Shown here: in pieces, positions 8,768-19,286 of the stretch
Layout: every line of letters begins with the position of its first letter
How positions within the stretch are numbered: the stretch's first letter is position 1
From: Clostridia bacterium
Lineage (GTDB): Bacteria > Bacillota > Clostridia > Saccharofermentanales > UBA5734
Assembly: GCA_040772685.1 (NCBI GenBank)
Contig: JAXGXQ010000007.1
Location: 18,490 to 82,489 of the forward strand
Reading direction: 5' to 3'
Length of the DNA stretch: 64,000 nt
Translations under genes and position numbers: made by a program
The notes under the pieces: generated by a model
Databases searched by the model: none
Told to the model about the DNA's origin: nothing
The model's input: only the letters and a program-made list of their open reading frames with translations

Positions 8768-9709
8768 TTAACGGGTGAGTTCTGGCGATTCCGTATACCA
8801 GGGGCAGGCTTCGGCAGCACCGGCGAAATTGCGTCCGGTTAAGCGTTCGTATGCCTGGCGGTATTTTTCCGCTGTCTTATCGACAACTTCCTGAGGCAGG
8901 GCAGGCGGAGGCGGTGTTTTATCCCAAGTGAGGGTTTCAAGCCACTCCCGCAGATATTGCTTATCAAAACTGACTTGCGGCCGGCCCGGCTCCCAGGTTT
9001 CAGCCGCCCAGAAGCGCGAGGAATCGGGTGTGAAAATTTCATCAGCAATAATCAGACGGTCATCCAGCAAGCCAAACTCAAACTTGGTATCGGCAAGAAT
9101 TATGCCACGCTCGGCTGCGTAAGCGGCGGCGGCTTCGTATAGAGCCAGGCTGTTGGAACGTACCTCAAACGCACGTTTGCGGCCAATTAGCTTGGTCAGG
9201 TCATCAAAGTTAATATTGATGTCGTGGCCAGACTCTGCTTTGGTGGAAGGTGTAAACATCGGTTCCGGCAGCTTATCGCCCTGGCGTAATCCGGCGGGCA
9301 GAGGAATGCCGCTGACTTTGCCGCTGCGGTTATATTCTTTAAGCGCAGAACCCTCGAGGTAGCCGCGGACAATACATTCGGCCGGCAGCATTTTTGCTTT
9401 ACTTACCCACATGGAGCGTCCAGCCAGACGGTCAGCGTAGTGATTTAGCCCTGCCGGAAAATATGCCGGGTTCGTTGAAATAACATGGTTGGGCATGATA
9501 TGTTTCAACCGATCAAACCAGAACGCTGAGATGCTGTTTAAAACAACTCCTTTGTTGGGGATCAGTTCATCAAAAACAACATCGAAAGCAGAAACCCGAT
9601 CGGTTACAACAATAACCAGCGAATCGCCAAGATCGTAAATGTTCCGAACCTTTCCCTGAGCATGTAATGGCAAATCAATAAAATCGGTATTACTGATAGT
9701 CTGGTCCAT
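8768..9709 (-). CDS. purC: SAICAR synthetase (long, Ade1-like PurC form) embedded in the his operon
   Basis: 313 aa with GKVRNIYDLGDSLVIVVTDRVSAFD, ECIVRGYLEGSALKEY, FTPSTKAE, ILADTKFEFG and FTPDSSRFW. These are the canonical PurC motifs in order. Confidence 0.9.
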   Translation of the reverse strand: MDQTISNTDFIDLPLHAQGKVRNIYDLGDSLVIVVTDRVSAFDVVFDELIPNKGVVLNSISAFWFDRLKHIMPNHVISTNPAYFPAGLNHYADRLAGRSMWVSKAKMLPAECIVRGYLEGSALKEYNRSGKVSGIPLPAGLRQGDKLPEPMFTPSTKAESGHDININFDDLTKLIGRKRAFEVRSNSLALYEAAAAYAAERGIILADTKFEFGLLDDRLIIADEIFTPDSSRFWAAETWEPGRPQVSFDKQYLREWLETLTWDKTPPPPALPQEVVDKTAEKYRQAYERLTGRNFAGAAEACPWYTESPELTR

Positions 9710-9746
9710 TTCTACCCTCCTCGCCGGCCTAACCGGCTGCAGCTGT

Positions 9747-10334
9747 TTAAAGTATACCCTTGGTTGATGGAATGGTGTCGGGACTGGCAGGGTCGATTGC
9801 CAGCGCTGTTTTCAGGCAGCGGCCAAAAGCCTTGAAGACAGCTTCGATTATATGGTGGTCATTATTACCGTAAAGACAGCTGATGTGGAGCGTCAGCCCG
9901 GCGTTATAGGCAACCGCCCGGAAGAATTCGCCTGTCATCTGGGTTTCGAAAGCGCCCACATTCGGGCTTGAAAATTCAGCGTTGAAAACCAGATACGGAC
10001 GGCCTGAGACGTCGATCACAACCCGTACCAGCGCCTCATCCATCGGAATTATTTCGGTGGCATAACGGCGGATACCGCGTTTATCACCCACTGCCCGGGC
10101 GATCAACTGGCCGATTACAATCCCAATATCCTCAACTGTGTGGTGAGTGTCCACTTCGAGGTCGCCGGTGGCATCGAGATTGAGTGTAAGACCGCCGTGA
10201 CGTGAGAAAAGCAGCAGCATATGATCCAGAAAAGCTATACCGGTCTGAATGTTAGATTCGGCCTGGCTGTCAAGTTCAATGCTGCCTGTAATATCAGTTT
10301 CGAGGGTGCGGCGGTTGACTTTAGCGCTGCGCAT
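9747..10334 (-). CDS. hisB: Imidazoleglycerol-phosphate dehydratase (monofunctional HisB)
   Basis: 195 aa: RRTLETDITGSIELD...GIAFLDHMLLLFSRHG...DTHHTVEDIGIVIG...GNNDHHIIEAVFKAFG, with the IGPD metal-binding motifs. Confidence 0.95.
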   Translation of the reverse strand: MRSAKVNRRTLETDITGSIELDSQAESNIQTGIAFLDHMLLLFSRHGGLTLNLDATGDLEVDTHHTVEDIGIVIGQLIARAVGDKRGIRRYATEIIPMDEALVRVVIDVSGRPYLVFNAEFSSPNVGAFETQMTGEFFRAVAYNAGLTLHISCLYGNNDHHIIEAVFKAFGRCLKTALAIDPASPDTIPSTKGIL

Positions 10335-10413
10335 TTATTATCCTCCTCGCTCCATCGTTCTGGAGCACTTATCCGGAATAATTCCTAAAAGCCAAAATAT
10401 TCAGCTAAGTAGA

Positions 10414-11562
10414 TTATAACGTTGGCTCGCTGGCACCGGCAACCGGTGAAGCAATAATTGCGCCAAGCGCTTCTGCCAGTGTTTGCATTTCCGGCTCGGT
10501 ACCAATACTGATGCGCAGGTAATCGGTGATCCGCTGCTGGTTGAAACGGCGGACCAGTATGCCGCGCTCGCGTAAAGACTGCTGCAAAAATCTGCCTGTG
10601 TGCTGCGGATGACGGGCGAAAATAAAATTCGCTTGCGAGCTGACAACTTCAAAGCCAAGCTGTGCCAAAGCCGCAGCAGATTTCTCCCTGGTAGCGATTA
10701 TCCGGCTGCGGGTTTCTTCAAACCAGGCACCGTCATTCATCGCAGCAATTCCGGTGATTTGAGAAATATAGTCGACTGTATAGCTGTTGAAACTGTCGCG
10801 AATCCGTTCCAGGCCGGAGATCAGAGCCGGAGCCCCCAGCGCGAAGCCCAGACGCATGCCGGCCAGGGATCGCGATTTGGAAAAAGTCTGAACGATCAGG
10901 ATATTGTCGTACTCTTCCAGAAGCGGAACCGCCGTTTCACCGCCAAAATCAATGTAAGCTTCATCGATAATAATCAAACGATCCGGGTCGGAAGCAGCTA
11001 TCTGCGCCAGCGTAGTCAGCGGCAAACCCATGCCGGTTGGCGCGTTGGGGTTCGCCAGAATAATGCCAGCGGACGGTGCCATTAGATCTGCCAACGGCAT
11101 ACTCAGATCGGGGAGCAGATTTACTGTCCGGTAAGGAATATCGTAGCGGTGGGCATAAACCGGGTAAAAACTGTAGGTGACATCCGGGAATACAATCTGC
11201 TCGTTCGGCGCTGCAACTTTGGAATCCGGCAGCCCGGCCGGGTTGAAAAAAGCCTGAAAGCAAAACGCCAGAATTTCGTCGGAGCCGTTGCCGCAGAATA
11301 TCTGATTCTCTGCCAAGTTATAGTAAGCGCCTATGCTCTGGCGCAGGAGCAGTGAGGACGGGTCAGGGTAAAGACGTAAACGGGCCGGGTCGATATTGCG
11401 TAAGGCGGCCGCCACAGCAGGTGAAGGCGGATAGGGATTTTCGTTGGTATTTAGTTTAATCAGGCGTTCCCGAGGCTGTTCGCCAGGGACATAGGGTTCA
11501 ACCGTTTGTGTGACATAACTCCAGAAACGGCTGGCGGGTTGCTTTTGGCGAGGATTTTCCAC
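10414..11562 (-). CDS. hisC: Histidinol-phosphate aminotransferase
   Basis: 382 aa: IKLNTNENPYPPSP near the N-terminus and TFSKSRSLAGMRLGF (PLP lysine motif). GTG start overlaps the hisD stop by 1 nt. Confidence 0.92.
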   Translation of the reverse strand: MENPRQKQPASRFWSYVTQTVEPYVPGEQPRERLIKLNTNENPYPPSPAVAAALRNIDPARLRLYPDPSSLLLRQSIGAYYNLAENQIFCGNGSDEILAFCFQAFFNPAGLPDSKVAAPNEQIVFPDVTYSFYPVYAHRYDIPYRTVNLLPDLSMPLADLMAPSAGIILANPNAPTGMGLPLTTLAQIAASDPDRLIIIDEAYIDFGGETAVPLLEEYDNILIVQTFSKSRSLAGMRLGFALGAPALISGLERIRDSFNSYTVDYISQITGIAAMNDGAWFEETRSRIIATREKSAAALAQLGFEVVSSQANFIFARHPQHTGRFLQQSLRERGILVRRFNQQRITDYLRISIGTEPEMQTLAEALGAIIASPVAGASEPTL

Positions 11563-12914
11563 TATTGTGCCTCCTTGGAAGATCTTTGGCCTGCATCTGC
11601 CAGAGCCTGATCAAAACGCACGCGCACGCTTTCAGCATGACATGTCAGTTGTTCTGCTTCCGCAAAAAGAGCGATTTTTTCCCAACAGCTTTCCAAAGCG
11701 GAACGTGAGTAATCAATTAAACTGATCTTTTTTTGAAAATCGGCGGTGTGCAGCGGTGAGAAAAAGCGTGCGGTTCCGCTGGTAGGCAGTATATGGTTGG
11801 GGCCGGCAAAATAATCTCCCAAAGCCTCAGGACTGTAGTGCCCCAGAAAAATAGCACCGGCATTGCGGATTTGATCTACCAGGTTTTCAGGTTCATAAAC
11901 ACAAAGCTCAAGATGCTCTGGTGCCAGCTCATTGGCGAAAGCGCAGGCGTCTTCCAGGCTGGGAACAACTAGAATCGCGGCATAGTCGCGCAGTGAAGCC
12001 GCAAGGATTTCGGCCCGGGGCATCAGTTGAGCCCGGCGCTGGATCTCGGCCGCAGTTTCGCTGGCGATTTGGGCTGAGGTGGTGATCAGAACTGCAGAAG
12101 CGAGCCGATCATGTTCAGCCTGTGAAAGCATATCTGCAGCCAGAAAAGCCGGATTGGCTGATTCATCGGCAACGATCAGAATTTCGCTGGGGCCCGCGAA
12201 CATATCAATGTCACAGTGACCGAAAACGAGCCTTTTAGCGCTGTTAACATAAATATTGCCCGGGCCGCAAATTTTATCGACGGCGGGGATAATGGCAGTA
12301 CCATAAGCAAGCGCTGCGATAGCCTGAGCGCCGCCAACCTTGTAGATACTGTCAACACCCGCTAATGATGCAGCGGCCAATATTGCCGGCGCGATACTGC
12401 CGTCAGGTCGCGGCGGTGTGCACATCACGATTCGGCGTACACCGGCAGCCTTGGCCGGCAAGGCGTTCATCAGGACTGAGGACGGTAAAGGCGCCGTACC
12501 TCCAGGCACATAAATGCCAACCAGATCGAGCGGTCGGGTGAGCAACGCTACTCTGGCGCCTTTACCGTCATCAAGCTCCACTGGCGGCTGAATTTGCGCT
12601 TTGTGGAAGCAGGTGATGTTGGCTGCGGCTTCACGCAGAACTTCGATGAGTTCCGGCGAAGTGGCGTCAAATGCGGCGCTGATTTCGCTTTCACTGACAA
12701 TCAGCTGTTCCGGTGCTAGATTTACTGAATCAAATTCTCTGGTATACCGCAAAACAGCGGCGTCGCCTTCACGGCGCACAGCCTCCACTATTTCGGCAGT
12801 TCTTTCTGTGACATCTTTGCGGGTCATTTTGCCACGTGCTCCCAGGCGGGCGGCAATTGACTGACGCTCATTGCGGTCGGTATGAATTATCGCGACATCG
12901 ACCAGACTGTTCAT
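11562..12914 (-). CDS. hisD: Histidinol dehydrogenase
   Basis: 450 aa: [47 protein letters not shown], and HLELCV with downstream [13 protein letters not shown] motifs. Confidence 0.95.
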   Translation of the reverse strand: MNSLVDVAIIHTDRNERQSIAARLGARGKMTRKDVTERTAEIVEAVRREGDAAVLRYTREFDSVNLAPEQLIVSESEISAAFDATSPELIEVLREAAANITCFHKAQIQPPVELDDGKGARVALLTRPLDLVGIYVPGGTAPLPSSVLMNALPAKAAGVRRIVMCTPPRPDGSIAPAILAAASLAGVDSIYKVGGAQAIAALAYGTAIIPAVDKICGPGNIYVNSAKRLVFGHCDIDMFAGPSEILIVADESANPAFLAADMLSQAEHDRLASAVLITTSAQIASETAAEIQRRAQLMPRAEILAASLRDYAAILVVPSLEDACAFANELAPEHLELCVYEPENLVDQIRNAGAIFLGHYSPEALGDYFAGPNHILPTSGTARFFSPLHTADFQKKISLIDYSRSALESCWEKIALFAEAEQLTCHAESVRVRFDQALADAGQRSSKEAQ

Positions 12915-13597
12915 GCTTGTTCTCCCAATTGTTTTGCCAACAACTGTTCAGCGGCTGCACGCTGTACCAGCCGGCCACGAATCGCGTTGACCAGCGGATT
13001 AATCCGGGCGGCCTTCATTTTCAGGCTAACACGGTTTATCACCAGACGAGCGCTGATGTCAGCAATATTTTCTAATACAACGAGGCCATTTTCTTCCAGC
13101 GTCCGGCCGCTTTCCACTATATCAACAATCAGTTCTGCCAGTCCAATCAGCGGTGCCAGTTCAACAGAACCGTTTAATTTAATTATTTCAACACTTTCAT
13201 GGCGGCGGTCTTCAAAATACGCACGAGTAATATTCGGATACTTGGTACCAACGCGTTTATTGGGTATTGTATCAATCCGGCCGGCGAGCTCGGGGGCGCC
13301 GCAGACACACATTCTGCAGGCGCCAAAGCCGAGGTTAAGTACCTCGTAAAGTTTACGGCCTTCTTCGAGCAGAGTGTCCTTGCCAACCACACCGATGTCG
13401 GCGGCGCCGTAATCTACATAAGTTGGGACGTCCGCTGGTTTAGCCATGATAAAGCGAATGTCCTGGCGTTCATCGGTGAGAATTAAGCGGCGGGACTTTT
13501 CTTTAGCGAAACCGCAATCAAGTCCCGATTCCTCAAACAACTCTATTGCCTGATCAGCCAGACGGCCTTTAGATAACGCTATAGTCAGTGTATTCAC
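12911..13597 (-). CDS. hisG: ATP phosphoribosyltransferase, short (HisZ-dependent) form
   Basis: 228 aa: [22 protein letters not shown]...[19 protein letters not shown]...[14 protein letters not shown]. Lacks the C-terminal regulatory domain of about 80 aa found in long HisG. 4-nt overlaps with hisZ and hisD. Confidence 0.92.
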   Translation of the reverse strand: MNTLTIALSKGRLADQAIELFEESGLDCGFAKEKSRRLILTDERQDIRFIMAKPADVPTYVDYGAADIGVVGKDTLLEEGRKLYEVLNLGFGACRMCVCGAPELAGRIDTIPNKRVGTKYPNITRAYFEDRRHESVEIIKLNGSVELAPLIGLAELIVDIVESGRTLEENGLVVLENIADISARLVINRVSLKMKAARINPLVNAIRGRLVQRAAAEQLLAKQLGEQA

Positions 13598-14868
13598 GCC
13601 CTTGCTCCTTCTGTCCGTTGCTGAGGATTCTCCGGCGTCAGTAACCGGATGTCATCTGCAGCTGCAAAATAGCGGATCTGCATGGGGACACTTACAGGAT
13701 CAGCAATTTCCGTGCGGCTTTCAGCTGCCAGTGCTTTTAATTCGGCTTCGCTTTGCCGGCCGCAATCAAGGATGACTTTGCTGCCAGCTGCCCGCAATTG
13801 ACGCGCGTATTGTTGTGCAGCGGCCCTCTCAGTTGCTTTGTAACCCAGCAGGATCGTCGGTTTCGTCGCGACAGGTGGTGTGATGCGCTGCCGGCGCAGG
13901 GCGGTGAGAATAAAATTCAAGCCGATTGAGAAGCCGGTGGCCGATAAATCGCGGCCGAAAGCAGCCGCAACGGTGTCATAACGACCGCCGCTGAACAGCG
14001 GGAATCCCAGCCCATAGGTAAATCCCTTAAAAATCGTGCCGGTATAATAGTCGAGACTCTGAAGCATGCCAAGATCGAGTGTGATATAGTCCAAAAGCCC
14101 GTCAGCCTGTAGAATTCGCAAAACAGCTTCCAGATTAGCCAGAGCTTCAAGCGCCAACGGGCTCTCAATCTCACCCCGCAGCTGCTCAATTACGTCAAAA
14201 GAACCATACAGCTCCGGCATCATCAGCAAAACCCGCCGCACTGAAGCCGGCAGTGACAGCGCGGCAACACAGTCTTCGAGTGCGACGACTTGTTTGCTAT
14301 CTATCGCCTGCTGCAATTCAAGTGCGTCGGCAGGCGATATTTCATAGTCAGTCAATAAACCTTTGAAAAAAGCCACCTGCCCGAGTGAAACCTGCAAGTT
14401 TTCGATCCCACAGCGTCTGGCACCTTCAATAGCCAGCGCGATTACTTCCGCGTCGGCTTCCGGTGATGCGCAGCCCATCAGCTCAACGCCGGCCTGCGTA
14501 AATTCACGCTGACGGCCGCCGCCGTATTCCTGATAGCGGTACATATTGCCGATATAGGAAAGCCGTAGAGGCAGAGTACTGTCACGCAGGGTTGTTGCGG
14601 CCAGCCTTGCTGCGGGAATTGTGCCGTCATAACGCAAACAGAGTATCCGGCCCTTTTCGTCAAAAAATTTGAACAGGCCTTCCTGAGGAGCAAAGCCCTC
14701 GCCTGCGGCATAGGCGTCATAAAATTCAATTGCCGGTGTCTCAATTTCACGATAGCCATTGACCGCGAATAAATCTCGCAAATCAGCTTCAAGCAACCGT
14801 TTCGCTTCGCAGTCGGTCGGCAGCCAATCGAGCACACCATCAGGCAGATAAAATTTCCAGTTGTTCAA
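13594..14868 (-). CDS. hisZ: ATP phosphoribosyltransferase regulatory subunit HisZ (HisRS paralogue)
   Basis: 424 aa, class-II aaRS (HisRS-like) core ([14 protein letters not shown]...[12 protein letters not shown]...GGRYD). The HisZ call rests on position as first gene, overlapping a short-form hisG. TTG start with GGAGGG SD. Confidence 0.75.
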   Translation of the reverse strand: MNNWKFYLPDGVLDWLPTDCEAKRLLEADLRDLFAVNGYREIETPAIEFYDAYAAGEGFAPQEGLFKFFDEKGRILCLRYDGTIPAARLAATTLRDSTLPLRLSYIGNMYRYQEYGGGRQREFTQAGVELMGCASPEADAEVIALAIEGARRCGIENLQVSLGQVAFFKGLLTDYEISPADALELQQAIDSKQVVALEDCVAALSLPASVRRVLLMMPELYGSFDVIEQLRGEIESPLALEALANLEAVLRILQADGLLDYITLDLGMLQSLDYYTGTIFKGFTYGLGFPLFSGGRYDTVAAAFGRDLSATGFSIGLNFILTALRRQRITPPVATKPTILLGYKATERAAAQQYARQLRAAGSKVILDCGRQSEAELKALAAESRTEIADPVSVPMQIRYFAAADDIRLLTPENPQQRTEGARA

Positions 14869-14920
14869 TCAGAGCCCTCCTGATGCTTTACTATGATAAA
14901 CCGATAAAGTAATAAAACGA

Positions 14921-14949
14921 ATTATAACCAGCCTGCATGCAGCTGTCAA
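14921..14949 (-). promoter_or_regulatory. Consensus sigma-A promoter of the his operon (TTGACA-17-TATAAT)
   Basis: Minus strand reads TTGACA (14949-14944), a 17-nt spacer GCTGCATGCAGGCTGGT, then TATAAT (14926-14921), about 50 nt upstream of the hisZ start. The spacer contains the perfect 10-bp palindrome CTGCATGCAG (14933-14942). Confidence 0.7.
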
Positions 14950-14952
14950 GCC

Positions 14953-14995
14953 AAAATAAAAAACGCCGGAATGCTTTTTGAGAGCACTCCAGCGT
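14953..14995 (-). terminator. Rho-independent terminator of the V-ATPase operon
   Basis: 13-bp stem (14995-14983 pairs with 14975-14963), 7-nt loop. Two positions pair only as G.U in the minus-strand RNA, so the hairpin is strand-specific. Followed by UUUUUAUUUU (14962-14953). Lies 30 nt after the ntpD stop. Confidence 0.8.
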
Positions 14996-15025
14996 CGTCA
15001 GATTTATTATCCGTTCATTTATTGC

Positions 15026-15709
15026 TCAGTTTGCCGTAAGGGCGGCCGTTCTTTCGCGTGCTTTGGTTAATGCCTGTTCAACAATCATGTCCTTGACCTT
15101 CATCAGGCGGGTAAGGTTACCGCGCTCATTTTCTTCCATTTTCATGGTTATCGAACGGATCGCTTCGCTGATTTCCGGTATTAGAATATACTCAAGCGAG
15201 TTAACCCGGCGCCGGGTACGTTCAATCTCATCCGCCAGCAGCTGCGCTGCTTTTTCCGAAGACGCCAGTTCCAGCATCAAAGGAAAAGCCTCACTCAAGG
15301 TTACAATCGCTAAATCCAGTTCCGCCGCCGCTGAGGCCATACCATAAGGCAGGTTTTGCAACTGGCCGCTCATCAGGTAGGGTGAACTGAACACTGGCAC
15401 GTTGACGCTCATCACATTACGGGCATCGACATCGATGGTCAGGGTTTCATGCCCGGCCATCAGGGCGGTGCGCAGAGTTTCCGGTGACATGACCGCCCGT
15501 GCCAGCAGCATCTGGATATTGGCAACTCTGAATTTACTTTCAACTTCTTCACGCAAGCGCTTATTTTCACGAACAATATCAAGAAACTGGCGCATAAGCT
15601 CATCACGCTTGTCTTTAAGCAGTTTATGACCGCGCCGCGCTGTAACAAGCTGCCGTTTAAGACGCAGCAGTTCCATCCGGTTCGGGTTGACAAGGCGTTT
15701 GCTGGCCAT
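15026..15709 (-). CDS. ntpD: V-type ATPase subunit D
   Basis: 227 aa: NPNRMELLRLKRQLVTARRGHKLLKDKRDELMRQF, the characteristic coiled-coil D subunit. Confidence 0.93.
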   Translation of the reverse strand: MASKRLVNPNRMELLRLKRQLVTARRGHKLLKDKRDELMRQFLDIVRENKRLREEVESKFRVANIQMLLARAVMSPETLRTALMAGHETLTIDVDARNVMSVNVPVFSSPYLMSGQLQNLPYGMASAAAELDLAIVTLSEAFPLMLELASSEKAAQLLADEIERTRRRVNSLEYILIPEISEAIRSITMKMEENERGNLTRLMKVKDMIVEQALTKARERTAALTAN

Positions 15710-15739
15710 AGAATGTATTTCCTCCTGTGAAACTGGCGT

Positions 15740-17113
15740 TTAGTTCTTCTTGTAATACTGGTCGATATATTCGTCCTTAACACGCTTGAGCTCATTTCGG
15801 GGCAGCATGGAGAGCAGTTCCCAGCCGATCTTCAGTGTTTCTTCAATCGAACGATCAGCATTAAAGCTTTGATTGATATAGCGTTCTTCAAAGGTATCCG
15901 CGAAGTGGGCATAAATGCGATCGACTTCACTTAGGGCATCCTCGCCCAGGATTACCTGCAGTTCCTTGGCATCTTTACCACGCGAATAGGCAGCGAACAG
16001 CTGGTTCATGACATTGGCGTGGTCAGCACGGGTTTTGCCTTTACCAATACCTTTGTCCTTTAAACGCGAAAGTGAAGGCAGCACGTCGATCGGTGGCCGT
16101 ATACCCTTCTTGTAAAGTTCACGGCTGAGGATGATCTGGCCTTCGGTGATATAACCGGTTAAGTCAGGAATAGGATGGGTTTTGTCGTCGTCCGGCATGG
16201 TCAGAATCGGCACCAGCGTGATCGAGCCTTCTTTACCCTTCTGCCGGCCGGCGCGTTCGTACATTGTGGCCAGGTCGGTGTAAAGGTAACCCGGGTAACC
16301 GCGGCGTCCGGGTACTTCCTTACGGGCGGCGGATACTTCACGCAGGGCTTCGGCGTAGTAGGTGATGTCGGTCATGATAACCAGCACCTGCATATCCAGC
16401 TCGAATGCCAGATATTCAGCAGCGGTTAAAGCCATGCGCGGTGTGGAGATACGCTCGATTGCCGGGTCATCGGCAAGATTGATAAAGAGGACAGCGCGGT
16501 CAATCGCGCCTGTGCGGCGGAAATCGCTGATAAAATAATCTGCTTCTTCAAAGGTTATGCCCATGGCTGCAAAAACCACAGCAAAGTTTTCCGATTCGCT
16601 TAAAACCTTAGCCTGGCGGGCGATCTGGGCTGCAAGCTGACCATGTGGCAAACCTGACGCTGAGAAGATCGGCAGCTTTTGACCGCGTACAAGAGTGTTG
16701 AGGCCGTCAATCGCTGAAATGCCTGTCTGGATAAACTCGTTGGGATAATCACGGGCGGCAGGGTTCATCGGTTGACCGTTAATATCTATCATCCGTTCGG
16801 GGATAATTTCAGGGCCGCCGTCTTTGGGATTGCCCATGCCGCTGAAAACGCGGCCAAGGATATCCGGCGAAACCGCAAGCTCAAGGCCGCGGCCGAGGAA
16901 GCGGACTTTACTTTCCGCCACGTTGATGCCGATTGAGCTTTCGAATAACTGGACCAAGGCATCACTGCCGCTGACTTCCAGCACTTTGCAACGGCGTATT
17001 TCGCCATTTGGTAATTCGATTTCACCCAGTTCATCGTACTTTACACCGCTGACCTGCTTAACCAGCATCAACGGGCCCGCTACTTCAGCTATGGTGCGAT
17101 ATTCTTTTGGCAT
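15740..17113 (-). CDS. ntpB: V-type ATPase subunit B
   Basis: 457 aa: [16 protein letters not shown]...[14 protein letters not shown]...[15 protein letters not shown]. Confidence 0.96.
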   Translation of the reverse strand: MPKEYRTIAEVAGPLMLVKQVSGVKYDELGEIELPNGEIRRCKVLEVSGSDALVQLFESSIGINVAESKVRFLGRGLELAVSPDILGRVFSGMGNPKDGGPEIIPERMIDINGQPMNPAARDYPNEFIQTGISAIDGLNTLVRGQKLPIFSASGLPHGQLAAQIARQAKVLSESENFAVVFAAMGITFEEADYFISDFRRTGAIDRAVLFINLADDPAIERISTPRMALTAAEYLAFELDMQVLVIMTDITYYAEALREVSAARKEVPGRRGYPGYLYTDLATMYERAGRQKGKEGSITLVPILTMPDDDKTHPIPDLTGYITEGQIILSRELYKKGIRPPIDVLPSLSRLKDKGIGKGKTRADHANVMNQLFAAYSRGKDAKELQVILGEDALSEVDRIYAHFADTFEERYINQSFNADRSIEETLKIGWELLSMLPRNELKRVKDEYIDQYYKKN

Positions 17114-17114
17114 C

Positions 17115-18893
17115 TTAAATTACCCCCTCCGGCAACAATGCTGATATCTCCGCCTTTAACGCTTCGCCGATTTCTGCGGCCGCTGTTTCGATGCGGTCTT
17201 CCGGAATTCCCTTGATGCGGGCAATGCGGTCGCGCACAGGCAGTTTATCGAGGTCACGGAAGGAAACTCCCTGTTGGATAGCCTTCGAACCTTCGTAGTA
17301 ATAGTTCATAACCAGATTCAGCATCAGCTGCATTTTCTGGGGTGAAGTGTAGGTGTCGATAACGTCAAAGGAATCCTGGGCAAGGTAGTCTTCACGCAGT
17401 GAACGGGAAGCCTCGAGTTTCAGTCGGTCAATCTGGGAAAGGGAATCCTGACCTATCAGACGGACTATTTCTTCCAACTCAGCTTCTTCTTGCAGCAAAC
17501 GCAAAGCATCTGCCCTTAGCTTGCTCCAGTTCGCGGTTACATTTTCATTCATGTATTCGTCAATGACATCAGCATACAGCGAGTAGCTGTTGAGCCAGTT
17601 TATCGCCGGGAAGTGGCGCTTATAAGCCAGTGTAGAGTCCAGGCCCCAGAAGACTTTGACAATACGCAGCGTCGATTGCACAACCGGGTCGGACAAGTCG
17701 CCGCCTGGCGGGGATACAGCTCCGATCGCGGTCAGCACGCCGATACGGTCATCGCTGCCTAAACAACGAACCTGGCCTGCGCGTTCGTAGAAGTTAGCCA
17801 GACGTGAACCCAGATAAGCCGGGTAGCCTTCTTCACCGGGCATCTCTTCCAGACGGCCCGACATTTCGCGCAGTGCTTCTGCCCAGCGAGAAGTGGAATC
17901 GGCCATGATCGAAACAGAGTAACCCATGTCGCGGTAGTATTCAGCAATTGTGATCCCGGTATAAATTGAAGCCTCACGGGCAGCAACCGGCATATCCGAA
18001 GTATTGGCGATCAGGATTGTACGCGCCATCAGCGGCTGACCGGATTTCGGGTCGATCAGCTCGGGGAATTCCATCAGAACATCGGTCATTTCGTTTCCGC
18101 GTTCGCCGCAGCCAATATAGACGACGATGTCGGAAGCGGCCCATTTTGCCAGCTGGTGCTGAACCACAGTTTTACCGCTGCCGAACGGGCCGGGAATGGT
18201 GGCAGTGCCGCCGCGGGCAACAGGGAAAAAGGTATCGATACTGCGCTGACCGGTGACCAGTGGTTCCGTCGGTGCGATTTTTTCTTTATACGGTCTGCCA
18301 CGGCGAACCGGCCATTTCTGAATCATGGTGAGATCATGCACGGATCCGTCAGCAAGCTTGATCCTGGCTACAACGTCGGTGACCTTATGCTCACCGGCTG
18401 TTATCTCAGAAATTTCACCCTCAATTCCAACCGGAACCATGATCCGGTGGTTAACCAGCACGGTTTCTTCAACCTCACCGACAACGTCGCCGGCGCTGAC
18501 GTGGTCACCGACTTTGACAACAGGTTGGAAATTCCAAATGCGGTCACGATCAATCGCCGGGCTGGAAACGCCACGCGCGATGTTGTTGCCGGCCAGTTCC
18601 ACGAGGCGGTCAAGCGGTCGCTGGATACCGTCAAAAATCTGCCCGATCAAGCCAGGGCCCAGTTCAACAGAAAGCGGTGCGCCTTCTGAAACTACTGTTT
18701 CGCCCGGGCCTAGTCCGGCGGTTTCTTCGTAGACCTGAATTGAGGCCTGGTCATCGTGCATTTCGATGATCTCGCCAATCAGTTTATGGTCTGAGACCCT
18801 GACAACATCGAACATCTCCGCATCGCGCATACCGCTGGCTATAACCAACGGACCTGATACTTTGACAATTGTGCCTGTGCTGGGTTTTTTCAT
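17115..18893 (-). CDS. ntpA: V-type ATPase catalytic subunit A
   Basis: The track ORF starts at 18959. The better start is the ATG at 18893 ([17 protein letters not shown]..., 592 aa), with AAGGAG upstream and no overlap with the subunit F gene. Walker A motif GPFGSGKTV. Confidence 0.96.
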   Translation of the reverse strand: MKKPSTGTIVKVSGPLVIASGMRDAEMFDVVRVSDHKLIGEIIEMHDDQASIQVYEETAGLGPGETVVSEGAPLSVELGPGLIGQIFDGIQRPLDRLVELAGNNIARGVSSPAIDRDRIWNFQPVVKVGDHVSAGDVVGEVEETVLVNHRIMVPVGIEGEISEITAGEHKVTDVVARIKLADGSVHDLTMIQKWPVRRGRPYKEKIAPTEPLVTGQRSIDTFFPVARGGTATIPGPFGSGKTVVQHQLAKWAASDIVVYIGCGERGNEMTDVLMEFPELIDPKSGQPLMARTILIANTSDMPVAAREASIYTGITIAEYYRDMGYSVSIMADSTSRWAEALREMSGRLEEMPGEEGYPAYLGSRLANFYERAGQVRCLGSDDRIGVLTAIGAVSPPGGDLSDPVVQSTLRIVKVFWGLDSTLAYKRHFPAINWLNSYSLYADVIDEYMNENVTANWSKLRADALRLLQEEAELEEIVRLIGQDSLSQIDRLKLEASRSLREDYLAQDSFDVIDTYTSPQKMQLMLNLVMNYYYEGSKAIQQGVSFRDLDKLPVRDRIARIKGIPEDRIETAAAEIGEALKAEISALLPEGVI

Positions 18894-18897
18894 GCTT

Positions 18898-19269
18898 TCA
18901 CTCCTTTGACTCACTGCTGGCGCTATTCTCTGGCTGACCGGAATCCCGGGTGACATCAATCCCCAGAATATCCATGCCGATAGCCTTACGGACTGACTCC
19001 CGTACCTGGGCCATTCCCAGGCCGCTGCCGCCGGAAATCGGCGGGATCGGGATAACAGCAGGCAGTTTGCGGCTGCGCAGCGAGCGAATATAATCCTGAT
19101 TGGCTATAAAACAAGGCTCTGTTATAAAGACGATGGCAAAATCCTCATCTACGGCGTAGCGCAGATGCTCTTCGGCAGCTTCCGGAGTCACTGCTTCCAG
19201 CACGGTCAAACCGAGTGCCCGGAATCCAATGATACTGTCTGGATCGCCTATAACGGCTACTTTATACAT
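18898..19269 (-). CDS. ntpG: V-type ATPase subunit F
   Basis: 123 aa: [26 protein letters not shown]...FAIVFITE. Sits immediately before subunit A, as in the Enterococcus hirae ntp operon. Confidence 0.88.
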   Translation of the reverse strand: MYKVAVIGDPDSIIGFRALGLTVLEAVTPEAAEEHLRYAVDEDFAIVFITEPCFIANQDYIRSLRSRKLPAVIPIPPISGGSGLGMAQVRESVRKAIGMDILGIDVTRDSGQPENSASSESKE

Positions 19270-19286
19270 TCGTCTCCTCCGGTTGC

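Noticed and set aside
13594-14868. Possibility that the first his-operon gene is histidyl-tRNA synthetase (hisS) rather than hisZ.
   Set aside because: It overlaps a short-form hisG by 4 nt. Short HisG requires HisZ, and this operon position is typical of hisZ. I cannot formally exclude hisS without checking the catalytic motifs by alignment, so confidence is 0.75.
18894-18959. Extended start of V-ATPase subunit A (22 extra codons overlapping the subunit F gene). Similar extended starts appear for clpC (48870-48896), tex (45296-45340), hisE (6733-6771), rpmG (2763-2801) and tyrA (35562-35597).
   Set aside because: Internal ATG starts have proper SD sequences, match the family N-termini and remove the gene overlaps. 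The longer versions are simply the maximal ORFs.
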